Notes: generated from the letters alone by a model not told the origin. A stretch of 64,000 nt of DNA from Eubacteriales bacterium (GCA_045649045.1 JAZRPF010000051.1:14471-78470), one strand, 5' to 3'. Counted from the first letter of the stretch, positions 56,119-64,000 are shown. Numbers and translations: made by a program.

Positions 56119-56897
56119 CAGTCAAAGATTGGTACCGCACCTTTGAAGAAAGACTCTCCCCCGCCCTCTCATGCGAATGGGACCGTGACGGCATTCAATG
56201 TGCGCCAAATCCCGAAAGAACCGTCAACCGCATTCTCTGCACACTCGATGTCACCGAGCGCGTTGCAAAATATGCCGTTGAGAATGAGATTGACCTCATC
56301 ATCTCGCACCACCCACTCCTGTTCCGACCTCTTTATGCCCTCTCAAATGATACGCCCGTCGAACGCGCACTCACTTTGCTTGTCAAGCACGATATTGCGC
56401 TCTTTTCCTTCCATACGCGCGCCGATGCAGTAGACGGCGGTGTCGCCGACCTGCTTGCCAACCGAATCGGTCTTCACGATGTGCGCAAAATCGAAACAGA
56501 GGAAGGCCCACTTCTCCGTATCGGCACTCTTAAAGAGCCAATGCATCTTGCCGATTATGCCGATTATGTCCGCGCCGCACTTGAAACCGATGCCGTTCTT
56601 CTTTCAACCGACAACCCACAAAGGCTTGTCAGCAGTGTCGCCGTTTCGGGCGGTGAGGGCGGTGATTTTGTCTCTGTCGCACACGCAAACGGCGCTGACC
56701 TCTATGTGAGTGGACGCATTGGCTATCACCGCGTTCTCGAAGGATGTGACGGCGGTATGGCAATGCTTGAAGCAGGCCACTACTTCACCGAGCGCGAGAT
56801 CGTTTACTTCTTTGCCGCAATCGCACAGGAGGCAGAGAGTGATGTCGATGTCGTTTTGTATGCGCCAAAAGGGCCAATGGTTATTCTCGGCTCTTGA
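56115..56897 (+). CDS. Nif3-like dinuclear metal centre protein
   Basis: Contains ...DLIISHHPLLF...FSFHTRADA...EAGHYFTE. It sits downstream of trmK as in many Firmicutes. Confidence 0.85.
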   Translation: MTVKDWYRTFEERLSPALSCEWDRDGIQCAPNPERTVNRILCTLDVTERVAKYAVENEIDLIISHHPLLFRPLYALSNDTPVERALTLLVKHDIALFSFHTRADAVDGGVADLLANRIGLHDVRKIETEEGPLLRIGTLKEPMHLADYADYVRAALETDAVLLSTDNPQRLVSSVAVSGGEGGDFVSVAHANGADLYVSGRIGYHRVLEGCDGGMAMLEAGHYFTEREIVYFFAAIAQEAESDVDVVLYAPKGPMVILGS

Positions 56898-56922
56898 CAA
56901 AATGTGAGCAAGGCATTATAAT
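56894..56922 (+). promoter_or_regulatory. Consensus promoter of tyrS
   Basis: TTGACA (56894-56899), 17-nt spacer, TATAAT (56917-56922). Confidence 0.6.
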
Positions 56923-56977
56923 ATAGTAAGATAACCGCAATAGAGAAAGGACCTGCAATCCGCAGGAATATCATGTC

Positions 56978-58195
56978 ATGACAGTTTATGAAGAACTCGT
57001 TGCCCGTGGTCTGATTGCACAGGTAACCGATGAAAAAGAAATTCGCGAAATGGTCAATACAGGAAAAGCCATTTTCTATATCGGCTTTGACCCGACCGCC
57101 GACAGTCTTCATGTCGGTCACTTTATGGCGCTGTGCTTTATGAAGCGTCTGCAAATGGCAGGCAATAAGCCCGTCGTTTTGATTGGCGGCGGCACCGCCA
57201 TGATCGGTGACCCGTCAGGCCGTACCGATATGCGTCAGATGATGACACCCGAAACCATTGCCCATAACTGCGAATGCTTCCGCGAGCAAATGAGCCGCTT
57301 CATTGATTTTTCGGACGGCAAGGCAATCATGGTCAACAATGCCGATTGGCTTCTCTCGCTCAATTATGTTGAGCTTCTGCGCGAGGTCGGCGCTTGCTTC
57401 TCGGTCAATAATATGCTCCGTGCCGAATGCTATAAGCAACGCATGGAGAAGGGACTTTCCTTCCTTGAATTCAACTATATGATTATGCAGAGCTATGACT
57501 TCCTTGAGCTTTACCGCAAGTACGGCTGTAATATGCAGTTCGGCGGCGACGACCAGTGGAGTAATATGCTGGGCGGTACAGAGCTGATTCGCCGCAAGCT
57601 CGGCAAGGACGCTTATGCCATGACCATCACCCTTCTCCTCAATTCCGAGGGCAAGAAGATGGGCAAAACCCAGTCGGGTGCCGTTTGGCTTGACAGAAAC
57701 AAAACAACGCCCTTTGAATTTTATCAGTATTGGCGCAATGTCGGCGATGCCGATGTCCTGAAGTGCCTGCGTATGCTCACCTTCCTGCCTATCGAGGAAA
57801 TTCAGGCAATGGAAGGCTGGGAGGGCAGCCGCTTGAATGAGGCAAAGGATATCCTCGCCTATGAATTAACCAAGCTCGTACATGGCGAGGAGGATGCAAA
57901 TGCCGCCAGAGCAAGCAGCCGCGCGCTCTTTGCAGGCGGCGCAGATGCCGACCTCCCCACCGAAGAGCTGACAGATGCCGACTTCACGGACGGTAAAATT
58001 GATATTCTCACATTGCTCGTCCGCGCAGGTCTTGTCCCCAGTAAATCCGAGGCTCGCCGCGCAGTCGAACAGGGCGGTGTTTCGGTTGACGGTGAAAGAG
58101 TAACCGACATCAAAACCGCCTATACAAAGGACGAGCTCAAAGACGGTCGCGTCTTCCGCCGCGGCAAAAAGAACTTCAAGCGCGTCACAGCCTGA
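56978..58195 (+). CDS. tyrS: Tyrosine--tRNA ligase
   Basis: Carries the HIGH-type motif (TADSLHVGH), KMGKT (KMSKS-type) and a C-terminal S4 domain. Confidence 0.95.
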
Positions 58196-58206
58196 CCGCA
58201 CTCTCT

Positions 58207-58246
58207 GCAAGCCACCTGCAAATAAAAGCAGGTGGCTTGCTTTTTT
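58207..58246 (+). terminator. Intrinsic terminator of tyrS
   Basis: GCAAGCCACCTGC-aaataaaa-GCAGGTGGCTTGC plus TTTTTT. Confidence 0.85.
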
Positions 58247-58355
58247 CCTTAATATATTATATATTGGCACACTGCAAGTTTTTCACCATTATTTTCACAA
58301 AAAGCCTTGACAAACAAGGCTCTTTATGTTAGAATAATTCATGCTTGATGCAAAA

Positions 58356-58432
58356 CGGGGTGTGGCTCAGTTCGGTAGAGCGCTTGGTTCGGGACCAAGA
58401 GGCCGCTGGTTCGAATCCAGTCACTCCGACCA
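58356..58432 (+). tRNA. tRNA-Pro (anticodon CGG), CCA-encoded
   Basis: Manual cloverleaf:
- Acceptor stem CGGGGTG/CACTCCG, then discriminator A and CCA.
- Anticodon stem CTTGG/CCAAG with loop TTCGGGA (anticodon CGG).
- T arm GCTGG-TTCGAAT-CCAGT.

The promoter TTGACA-17-TGtTAGAAT lies at 58307-58335. Confidence 0.9.
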
Positions 58433-58433
58433 A

Positions 58434-58490
58434 ATAAGCACCGTAATTATGATACGAAACGGTATCGTAAAAACGGTGCTTATTTTTTAT
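58434..58490 (+). terminator. Intrinsic terminator after tRNA-Pro
   Basis: AATAAGCACCGT...ACGGTGCTTATT stem followed by TTTTTAT. Confidence 0.75.
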
Positions 58491-58768
58491 TCAAAAGCCT
58501 TGATTTATAAGGCTTTTTTGCTTTCGGGCACAAGATAAGTGTCCGTATCAAAATTGTCAATTTTCTTTCTACTGAGTTTTTTGGGGACTTAAACTATCAA
58601 AATCTTCATTTGATTATTTATTCTGACACTCAACCAAAACATAAGTGTCAGAGTATGCACCTATCCCCCGAAAGGGGGAGCAAGAACCTGCAAGGTTCGG
58701 ATATTGTAAGGAATCCTTGAGGATAAAGTGGGTTGAGTGAAAATTCAAGCCGTCTTATCATTTTTAGA

Positions 58769-58975
58769 TTGACAAATCCTCTAAATTGTGGTATAATAAG
58801 CGTGCTACACAATTTTATACTCTATTTCTATCTAAGTGGCTTTACGTTGGTAAAAACGTAGGCTTTGCTTGTCATATCCACTTAGATGTGAAATTGTGTA
58901 GCAACAATGAGCGAAACTGCGTTTTTCGGTGCGTAGTTTCAGCTACGCACCTTTTTATTTTAAGGAGGAAAGACT
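58769..58975 (+). promoter_or_regulatory. Consensus promoter plus ~170-nt structured leader with intrinsic terminator (copy 2 of a conserved leader RNA)
   Basis: - Promoter: TTGACA (58769-58774), 17-nt spacer, TGgTATAAT (58789-58797).
- P1: 58804-58815 pairs with 58891-58902.
- P2: 58830-58839 pairs with 58878-58887.
- Apical hairpin: TACGTT-GGTAAA-AACGTA, 58843-58860.
- Terminator: 58928-58960.
- RBS: AGGAGG, 58963-58968. Confidence 0.65.
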
Positions 58976-59926
58976 ATGAAAAAAATCATTCTTTTACTTG
59001 CCGTTCTACTTGGAACAATAGTGTTGTTATGCTCCTGCGATTGCAAGCATGAAAATCTATCGCAAGCAACTTGTACAACAGCTTCTACATGTTTGGACTG
59101 TGGTGAAATTATCTCTGCCGCTCTTGGTCATACCGACGGCGAGTGGATCACCGATAAAGAGCCCAACTGCACCGAGGATGGTAGCAAGCATCAAGTTTGC
59201 TCTGTATGTGCGACTACAATCAAAACTGAAACTATTGATGCTAAAGGTCATACAAATGGCGAATGGGTAACCGATGCTGATGCCACCTGCACCGAAAACG
59301 GAAGTAAACACCAAGTTTGTTCTGTATGTGCGGCTACAATTAAAACCGAAACTATTGCTGCTCATCATATAGAGGGCGAATGGGTAATCGATGCTGATGC
59401 CACCTGCACCGAAAACGGAAGTAAGCACCAAGTTTGTTCTGTATGTACGGCTACAATCAAAACCGAAACTATTGCTTCAACTGGACATAAATTTATCAAC
59501 TTAAAATGTTCCAATTGCGATGGATATTCTGTGGAAACAAATGAAATAGGAAAGTCCTATACAGATAAAAATGGACTAACTGTTACTTTGAATTCTTATA
59601 CAATAACTGAATATGAGGGTTATTATAGTTATTCTATAAACTATACTATAGAAAATAAAGTTCCAGACAGCAAATTGATGCCTGGCTCCTTCAAACTGTT
59701 CTTTACTGATAAAACAGGCGAAAATCAATATGGTGGATTTAACTATCTTTATTATGGTGAAAAGAGCACAAGAAGTTATACTTGGAAAGTGCTTAAAACT
59801 CAAACAGTTCTCATTCTTGAGTACAATGCCGACGATGAAGATGCTGGTTTGCAAGGAGCGTTCTTTAGAGATGAGCCTATCAAAGACACGATGCACTGGG
59901 TGTCTCCGGAAATATCAAAGTCTTAA
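58976..59926 (+). CDS. Lipoprotein with tandem Cys3-His repeat modules and a C-terminal beta-rich domain
   Basis: The lipobox is MKKIILLLAVLLGTIVLLCSCD. It has three ~40-aa repeats, GEW(V/I)xD..(A/P)xCTExGSKHQVCSVCxxTIKTETI....H. A terminator follows at 59939-59962. Confidence 0.7.
   Translation: MKKIILLLAVLLGTIVLLCSCDCKHENLSQATCTTASTCLDCGEIISAALGHTDGEWITDKEPNCTEDGSKHQVCSVCATTIKTETIDAKGHTNGEWVTDADATCTENGSKHQVCSVCAATIKTETIAAHHIEGEWVIDADATCTENGSKHQVCSVCTATIKTETIASTGHKFINLKCSNCDGYSVETNEIGKSYTDKNGLTVTLNSYTITEYEGYYSYSINYTIENKVPDSKLMPGSFKLFFTDKTGENQYGGFNYLYYGEKSTRSYTWKVLKTQTVLILEYNADDEDAGLQGAFFRDEPIKDTMHWVSPEISKS
59138..59494 (+). repeat. Three tandem in-frame repeats of 117-120 bp inside the lipoprotein gene
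   Basis: Units 2 and 3 are nearly identical at the nucleotide level (GATGCTGATGCCACCTGCACCGAAAACGGAAGTAA(A/G)CACCAAGTTTGTTCTGTATGT...). Confidence 0.85.
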
Positions 59927-59938
59927 AAAAGAAAAATA

Positions 59939-59962
59939 TGTGTGTAGCGCCGCTACACACAT
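59939..59962 (+). terminator. Intrinsic terminator of the lipoprotein gene
   Basis: GTGTGTAGCG/CGCTACACAC stem followed by ATATTTTT. A second hairpin, AGCCCCCGCC-gataa-GGCGGGGGCT, follows. Confidence 0.75.
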
Positions 59963-60288
59963 ATTTTTCTTAGCCCCCGCCGATAAGGCGGGGGCTCTCC
60001 TATATTGTAGAAAGGAAAGAAAAAGAAAGGAATACCAATCGGTTCAAAAAAATAATGTTGGTTTTTCCCTACATTGTTCTTTCATGAAAAGATAAGTGTC
60101 ATAGTGTGTAACGCTTTTTGTAACGGTTTCAAATTGTATCCATAATATCAGCAGTATTCATTCCAGGCTCTGAAAGTCGCTTTCAGAGCTTTTTTCATTG
60201 CCTGCCGCACCGCAAATATTGAGGGCTGACCGTTTTTTCGGTCAGCCCTCAGCATTTTTATGTCGTTTCCGCCTTTTTTTGGTGGACA

Positions 60289-61143
60289 TCATTCTGTTAA
60301 TTCAAGAAATCTTTTAATTTTTTCAAGCTGCTTGATTGCCGTTTTTCTTCCTATTTTGTAAGCCGCTTTCAGCTTGTCGGGATTCTTTTCAATGCGACTG
60401 ACAGGAAGCGCGCGTTCGGGACGAATCACAAACAGCTCTCCGGATTTTTCTTTTTCCTTAATATAGGAAAGCGTCGCATTGTAAACCAAATGTCTGTTTG
60501 CCACTGCCTCGACGACCTTCGGATATCGAGAGTATTTCAGCTTGATGAAGGGCATCATACGGTTTTTTGATTTCTGATAATCCTTGTGCCGTGTAAGCAC
60601 GGCAATATTTTTGTTGTAGCCGATGCTCTCAAAAAATTTGACGGGAATAGAATCCGCAATACCGCCGTCAAGCATTTTCTGTCCGTCGATTTCTACAATC
60701 TGCGAAACAAGCGGCATAGACGCCGAAGCTCGTATCCAATCAAAGCAGTGGTCGTTTCGACCTTCAAACCTGTGATAAACAGCCTTTCCGGTTTCTACAT
60801 CGGTCGCAACTACATAAAATTCCATGGGATTGCTCTCATAGGTATCAAAATCGAACAAGTCATGCTTCAAGGGAACTTCATTGTAACAAAAATCTGTGCT
60901 GTATATGTTGCCTGTTTTAAGAAGAACACGCAATCCTCCATAGCGTTTATCGCGCACAAATCTCGTATTATACCGAATGACTCGACCTATCTGCTTCGAC
61001 TTGTAGTTGACACCAAAAGCCGCGCCTGCTGATACGCCGATTGCACCGTCAAATTCGATGCCGTTTTCCATCAGTACATCCATAACACCGGCGGTAAACA
61101 TTCCTCGCATGGCACCGCCTTCCATAATTAACCCTTTTTTCAT
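60289..61143 (-). CDS. Patatin-like phospholipase
   Basis: Contains the GGAMRG oxyanion motif, GVSAGA (GxSxG nucleophile) and a later DGG (catalytic Asp). Confidence 0.85.
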   Translation of the reverse strand: MKKGLIMEGGAMRGMFTAGVMDVLMENGIEFDGAIGVSAGAAFGVNYKSKQIGRVIRYNTRFVRDKRYGGLRVLLKTGNIYSTDFCYNEVPLKHDLFDFDTYESNPMEFYVVATDVETGKAVYHRFEGRNDHCFDWIRASASMPLVSQIVEIDGQKMLDGGIADSIPVKFFESIGYNKNIAVLTRHKDYQKSKNRMMPFIKLKYSRYPKVVEAVANRHLVYNATLSYIKEKEKSGELFVIRPERALPVSRIEKNPDKLKAAYKIGRKTAIKQLEKIKRFLELTE

Positions 61144-61273
61144 CCTTCTTACCTCTTATACTTAACGCACAAAGAAAGGCAGTCATATAGAACTGCGTTC
61201 CTCCGCCGAAATGAAAGCAAATCGTCAAACAGTCAGGTATTCTGTGACTGTGGAGATTCGGTTGATGACATAT

Positions 61274-61978
61274 CTATTTCACCTTTCTGTCAGTGAGAGT
61301 CTTAAGCAACATGGAAAACGCAAGGAAGCAAAGCGCAGGATAGTAGGTTCCCATACAAGCGTGGTCTGTCCAGCTCCAAAGACCGACGAACCTATCAAGG
61401 ACAAGCATAAGGTCGGAGAAGAAGAACAGTGCGCTTGAGACGGCAATTGTTCCCGTAACGGCGTTTTTCTCCCTGATAAAATTACCAATCGCTTTACCGA
61501 GCATGGTGGAAATGATTGCTGCATAGACGATACAAACGACACGGAAAATCGCTACCTCAAAGGTAAGCAACGGGAAGAACAGAAGAAAGCAAAGACATCC
61601 GAGGAACAGTACGCCACTGATGATATAATCAAGCCTCTGCATTTTCTGCATAAAGCAGTAGGCAATGACAAAGCATATGTGTCCAATGGCAAATGCTGCC
61701 GCGCCGATAATGAAATCGTAGCCTATCAGACAATCGCCAAGGAATGCAAGGAAAAGTCCTGCAGCCATGCCGATATAAAAATTCGTGTTCGGTTGCTTTT
61801 TTTTCAAAGCATAACCGAGGTTCATCAGCCCAAGCGACGCAAACAAGCCGCTGCATATGCATTTGAGCGTGAAATTAAAGCCGTCAAGCTGATAAAAATA
61901 ATTCAATACAAATACGGTGGCAATCACAAGCAGATTGACCGCCAACATATTCTTTTGCGATTTTTTCATATTTATCAT
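61274..61978 (-). CDS. YhhN-family membrane protein (lysoplasmalogenase family)
   Basis: Polytopic membrane protein with LAFLGDCLIGYDFIIGAAAFAIGHICFVIAY. This matches the YhhN/TMEM86 GDxxL...G..F..H..Y core. Confidence 0.8.
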   Translation of the reverse strand: MINMKKSQKNMLAVNLLVIATVFVLNYFYQLDGFNFTLKCICSGLFASLGLMNLGYALKKKQPNTNFYIGMAAGLFLAFLGDCLIGYDFIIGAAAFAIGHICFVIAYCFMQKMQRLDYIISGVLFLGCLCFLLFFPLLTFEVAIFRVVCIVYAAIISTMLGKAIGNFIREKNAVTGTIAVSSALFFFSDLMLVLDRFVGLWSWTDHACMGTYYPALCFLAFSMLLKTLTDRKVK

Positions 61979-61981
61979 AAA

Positions 61982-63364
61982 TTACCTCAAGAAAATGTGC
62001 AATAGCTTTTCATAAAATTTGCTCTTATAGGGCTGATACCGCATCGGCAAGTCGAGCCATGTCTTTTTATCCACGATGGATTTATAATGCGAGAAAGCAT
62101 CAAATCCATCCTTACCGTGATAGCTTCCCATACCGCTTTCTCCCACGCCACCAAAGCCCATAGCACTTGTGGCAAGGTGAATGACCACATCGTTGATACA
62201 TCCTCCGCCGTAAGAAAGCTCGGTGGTGACTCTCCTTTTATGCTTTTTATTGCTTGTAAACAGATAGAGTGCAAGAGGCTTATCCTTCGCCTTTAGCCCG
62301 TCAACCACACTGTCAAAATCGTCAAAGGTGAGGATTGGCATAATGGGGCCGAAGATTTCTTCACCCATAACAGCATCATCGTATGTCACATTATCCATAA
62401 CCGTGGGCGCAATCTGACAGGTAGCAGAGTTAGTCTTTCCTCCGATAACGACCTTCTTCTCATCAATCAAGCCGCACAGACGGGCAAAATGCTTTTCATT
62501 GATAATCCTGCCGTAATCCTTGTTTTGAAGAGGATTTTCTCCATACTGCTTGTCAATTTCTGCAGCAACGGCTTTGACAAACGCATCCTTGACAGATTTC
62601 TCACAGAGAATATAATCAGGAGCCACACAGGTCTGTCCGCAGTTAAGATATTTTCCAAACACGATGCGCTTTGCCGCAAGGTTGATATTCGCACTTGCAT
62701 CAACGATGCAGGGGCTTTTTCCTCCAAGCTCCAGAACAGCCGGAGTCAGATGCTCTGCTGCACGGCGAAGCACCTCCTTGCCGACCGCCTGACTTCCCGT
62801 AAAGAACACGAAGTCGAACTTTTGGTCAAGAAGCGCGGTATTTTCGGCTCTGCCGCCTGTGACTACTGCCACATATTCGGGTTCAAAGCATTCCTTGATG
62901 ATTTTTTCAATAATCCTGCTCGTTGCAGGCGAGTAGGCACTCGGCTTGACAATTGCCGTGTTGCCGGCGGCAATGGCATCTGCAAGCGGGTCAAGTGTCA
63001 GAAGAAAGGGGTAGTTCCAAGGGCTCATAATGAGCGTATTTCCATAAGGAACGGGCTGCTTGTAGCTGTGCGAACAAAACTGCGCGAGAGGTGTTGCCAC
63101 CGTCCTTCTCTTTGTAAATTTTGCCGTATGCTTCATCATATAGGAAATTTCGGTGAGCACCAAGCCTGACTCACACATAAAGCCTTCGTAATGGCTTTTT
63201 CCAAGGTCTGCTGTCAGTGCATCATTGATTTCTCTCTGATGCCCTTTGACCGCCGCATATAGCTTTTTGAGCTGCTCAATACGGAACTTGACGGGAATCG
63301 TCGCGCCGCTTCTGTAATAGGCTCTTTGCTTTTCAAGCAAGTTCTGTATTTCTTGATTTGTCAT
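61982..63364 (-). CDS. NAD(P)-dependent aldehyde dehydrogenase, class 3 (fatty-aldehyde dehydrogenase-like)
   Basis: SPWNYPFLLT, IVKPSAYSP, LELGGKSPCIVD, NCGQTCVAPDYILC and EEIFGPI are collinear with ALDH3-type enzymes. Confidence 0.9.
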   Translation of the reverse strand: MTNQEIQNLLEKQRAYYRSGATIPVKFRIEQLKKLYAAVKGHQREINDALTADLGKSHYEGFMCESGLVLTEISYMMKHTAKFTKRRTVATPLAQFCSHSYKQPVPYGNTLIMSPWNYPFLLTLDPLADAIAAGNTAIVKPSAYSPATSRIIEKIIKECFEPEYVAVVTGGRAENTALLDQKFDFVFFTGSQAVGKEVLRRAAEHLTPAVLELGGKSPCIVDASANINLAAKRIVFGKYLNCGQTCVAPDYILCEKSVKDAFVKAVAAEIDKQYGENPLQNKDYGRIINEKHFARLCGLIDEKKVVIGGKTNSATCQIAPTVMDNVTYDDAVMGEEIFGPIMPILTFDDFDSVVDGLKAKDKPLALYLFTSNKKHKRRVTTELSYGGGCINDVVIHLATSAMGFGGVGESGMGSYHGKDGFDAFSHYKSIVDKKTWLDLPMRYQPYKSKFYEKLLHIFLR

Positions 63365-63381
63365 ATCCTCCTCCGAATATA

Positions 63382-64000
63382 TTACGCTTTTTCAAAGCCT
63401 ACAAGCACACCGCCCTTTTCGGCGTAAAAGCTGCATAAACCCCTGAATTGATGTATTTCAATGGTTACATTCTCAAATCTGGCGAGAATCAGCTCCTTGA
63501 GCTGTAGCGCCGCCGACTCGTTCTGGCAGTGACCGATACTGATTTTGCCGGAACGGAAGCCCTCTGCTTCAAGGTCACGAACGAGCGTCTCAAGAGAGCG
63601 TCTTTCACCTCTGCACTTGTGCATCGGCTCAAGTGTTCCCTCGTCGCTCGCTTTGCCTACAATGCAAATACCGGCAATTCCAACGAGCTTTGCCACGATA
63701 GGCGAAACTCTGCCGTTGTTTGCAAAGTTCTTTAACGACTTCAGCATGAACACAAGCCCTGTTTTCTGAAGATATGCCGTTATCTTATCACAGATTTCTT
63801 CGTAAGGCATATGGCTTTCAATCAATTCTTCAAGCTTTTCAATTATCAAGGAAATTTCAGCTCCGGCAGAAAGCGTATCAATCACGAAAACGCGTTTCCC
63901 TTCGTTTTCCGATTCATATATCTGCTTGGCGGCACAAGCGGAATTGTAGCTTCCCGACAAACCGCTCGTAATCGTCACACAGAAAATATCGTCAGCACTG
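63382..64000 (-). CDS. DegV-family fatty-acid-binding protein, partial (N-terminus beyond the window end)
   Basis: ...VTITSGLSGSYNSACAAKQ...VFVIDTLSAGAEISLII... is the typical DegV pattern. The frame stays open upstream of the ORF-track start (an internal GTG) through to position 64000. Confidence 0.85.
   Translation of the reverse strand, partial: SADDIFCVTITSGLSGSYNSACAAKQIYESENEGKRVFVIDTLSAGAEISLIIEKLEELIESHMPYEEICDKITAYLQKTGLVFMLKSLKNFANNGRVSPIVAKLVGIAGICIVGKASDEGTLEPMHKCRGERRSLETLVRDLEAEGFRSGKISIGHCQNESAALQLKELILARFENVTIEIHQFRGLCSFYAEKGGVLVGFEKA

Noticed and set aside
56898-56977. T-box leader upstream of tyrS
   Set aside because: Only about 55 nt separate the consensus promoter from the start codon. 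That leaves no room for a specifier loop, a T-box sequence or a terminator.
58341-58538. 65-aa ORF overlapping tRNA-Pro
   Set aside because: It is the translation of the tRNA gene and its terminator, not a protein.
58531-60099. The 12-mer AAGATAAGTGTC at about 58531 and about 60088, considered as att repeats of a tRNA-Pro-linked islet
   Set aside because: Exact 12-mer matches are expected many times by chance in 64 kb. No integrase is present and the tRNA 3' end is not duplicated. The islet is AT-richer and may be old horizontally acquired DNA, but its boundaries are not demonstrable.
60090-60195. Possible small RNA (weak promoter TTGTAA-17-CATAAT followed by the hairpin GCTCTGAAAG/CTTTCAGAGC plus T-run)
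   Set aside because: The promoter match is weak. The terminator could equally belong to read-through from the lipoprotein gene. Sequence alone gives no supporting evidence.
1-64000. CRISPR arrays, rRNA genes, IS elements with transposases, and retron or DGR reverse transcriptases
   Set aside because: I saw no regularly spaced short repeats, no rRNA-like sequence and no transposase or RT-like ORF on either strand.

Overview
This is a 64-kb chromosomal window from a Gram-positive anaerobe with Clostridia-like gene content (gatCAB, rpsF-ssb-rpsR, ytvI, queA, tpiA-pgk, tyrS). Main blocks:

- **1-12.07 kb:** one minus-strand operon for a glycyl-radical-enzyme bacterial microcompartment (GRM). It looks like the fucose/rhamnose to 1,2-propanediol type. 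Genes are an RpiR/MurR regulator, ackA, a class II aldolase, CoA-acylating aldehyde dehydrogenase, Zn-ADH, four BMC-H genes, pduL, a BMC-P gene, a PduS-like gene, a BMC-T gene and the glycyl radical enzyme. The radical enzyme runs off the left edge and is missing from the ORF track.
- **12-25 kb:** lipid genes (dagK-like, glpQ-like), two paralogous secreted LamG-type proteins, a three-gene toxin-antitoxin cassette bounded by inverted repeats, queA, dapA, a lipoprotein and nagB.
- **25.23-34.34 kb:** a roughly 9.1-kb integrative element with perfect 54-bp direct repeats. It carries a tyrosine integrase, Xis, a serine recombinase, an SprT-like protein and a GLUG surface lipoprotein as cargo. It sits in the 3' end of a GGGtGRT-family gene.
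- **34.3-36.6 kb:** a three-gene operon of unknown function (PduL-like, NifU-like, GGGtGRT).
- **36.7-58.4 kb:** housekeeping genes and tRNA-Pro(CGG).
- **58.5-60.2 kb:** a small AT-richer islet with a Cys-repeat lipoprotein.
- **60.3-64 kb:** a minus-strand cluster of degV, ALDH3-type aldehyde dehydrogenase, YhhN lysoplasmalogenase-family protein and patatin, which I read as plasmalogen salvage.

The most unusual signal is a structured 5' leader with an intrinsic terminator. It occurs twice, upstream of the two Cys-repeat lipoprotein genes (33.8-34.1 kb minus strand, 58.8-59.0 kb plus strand). The two copies differ by compensatory base changes, and I cannot assign the leader to any known riboswitch class. 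No CRISPR array and no rRNA were seen.
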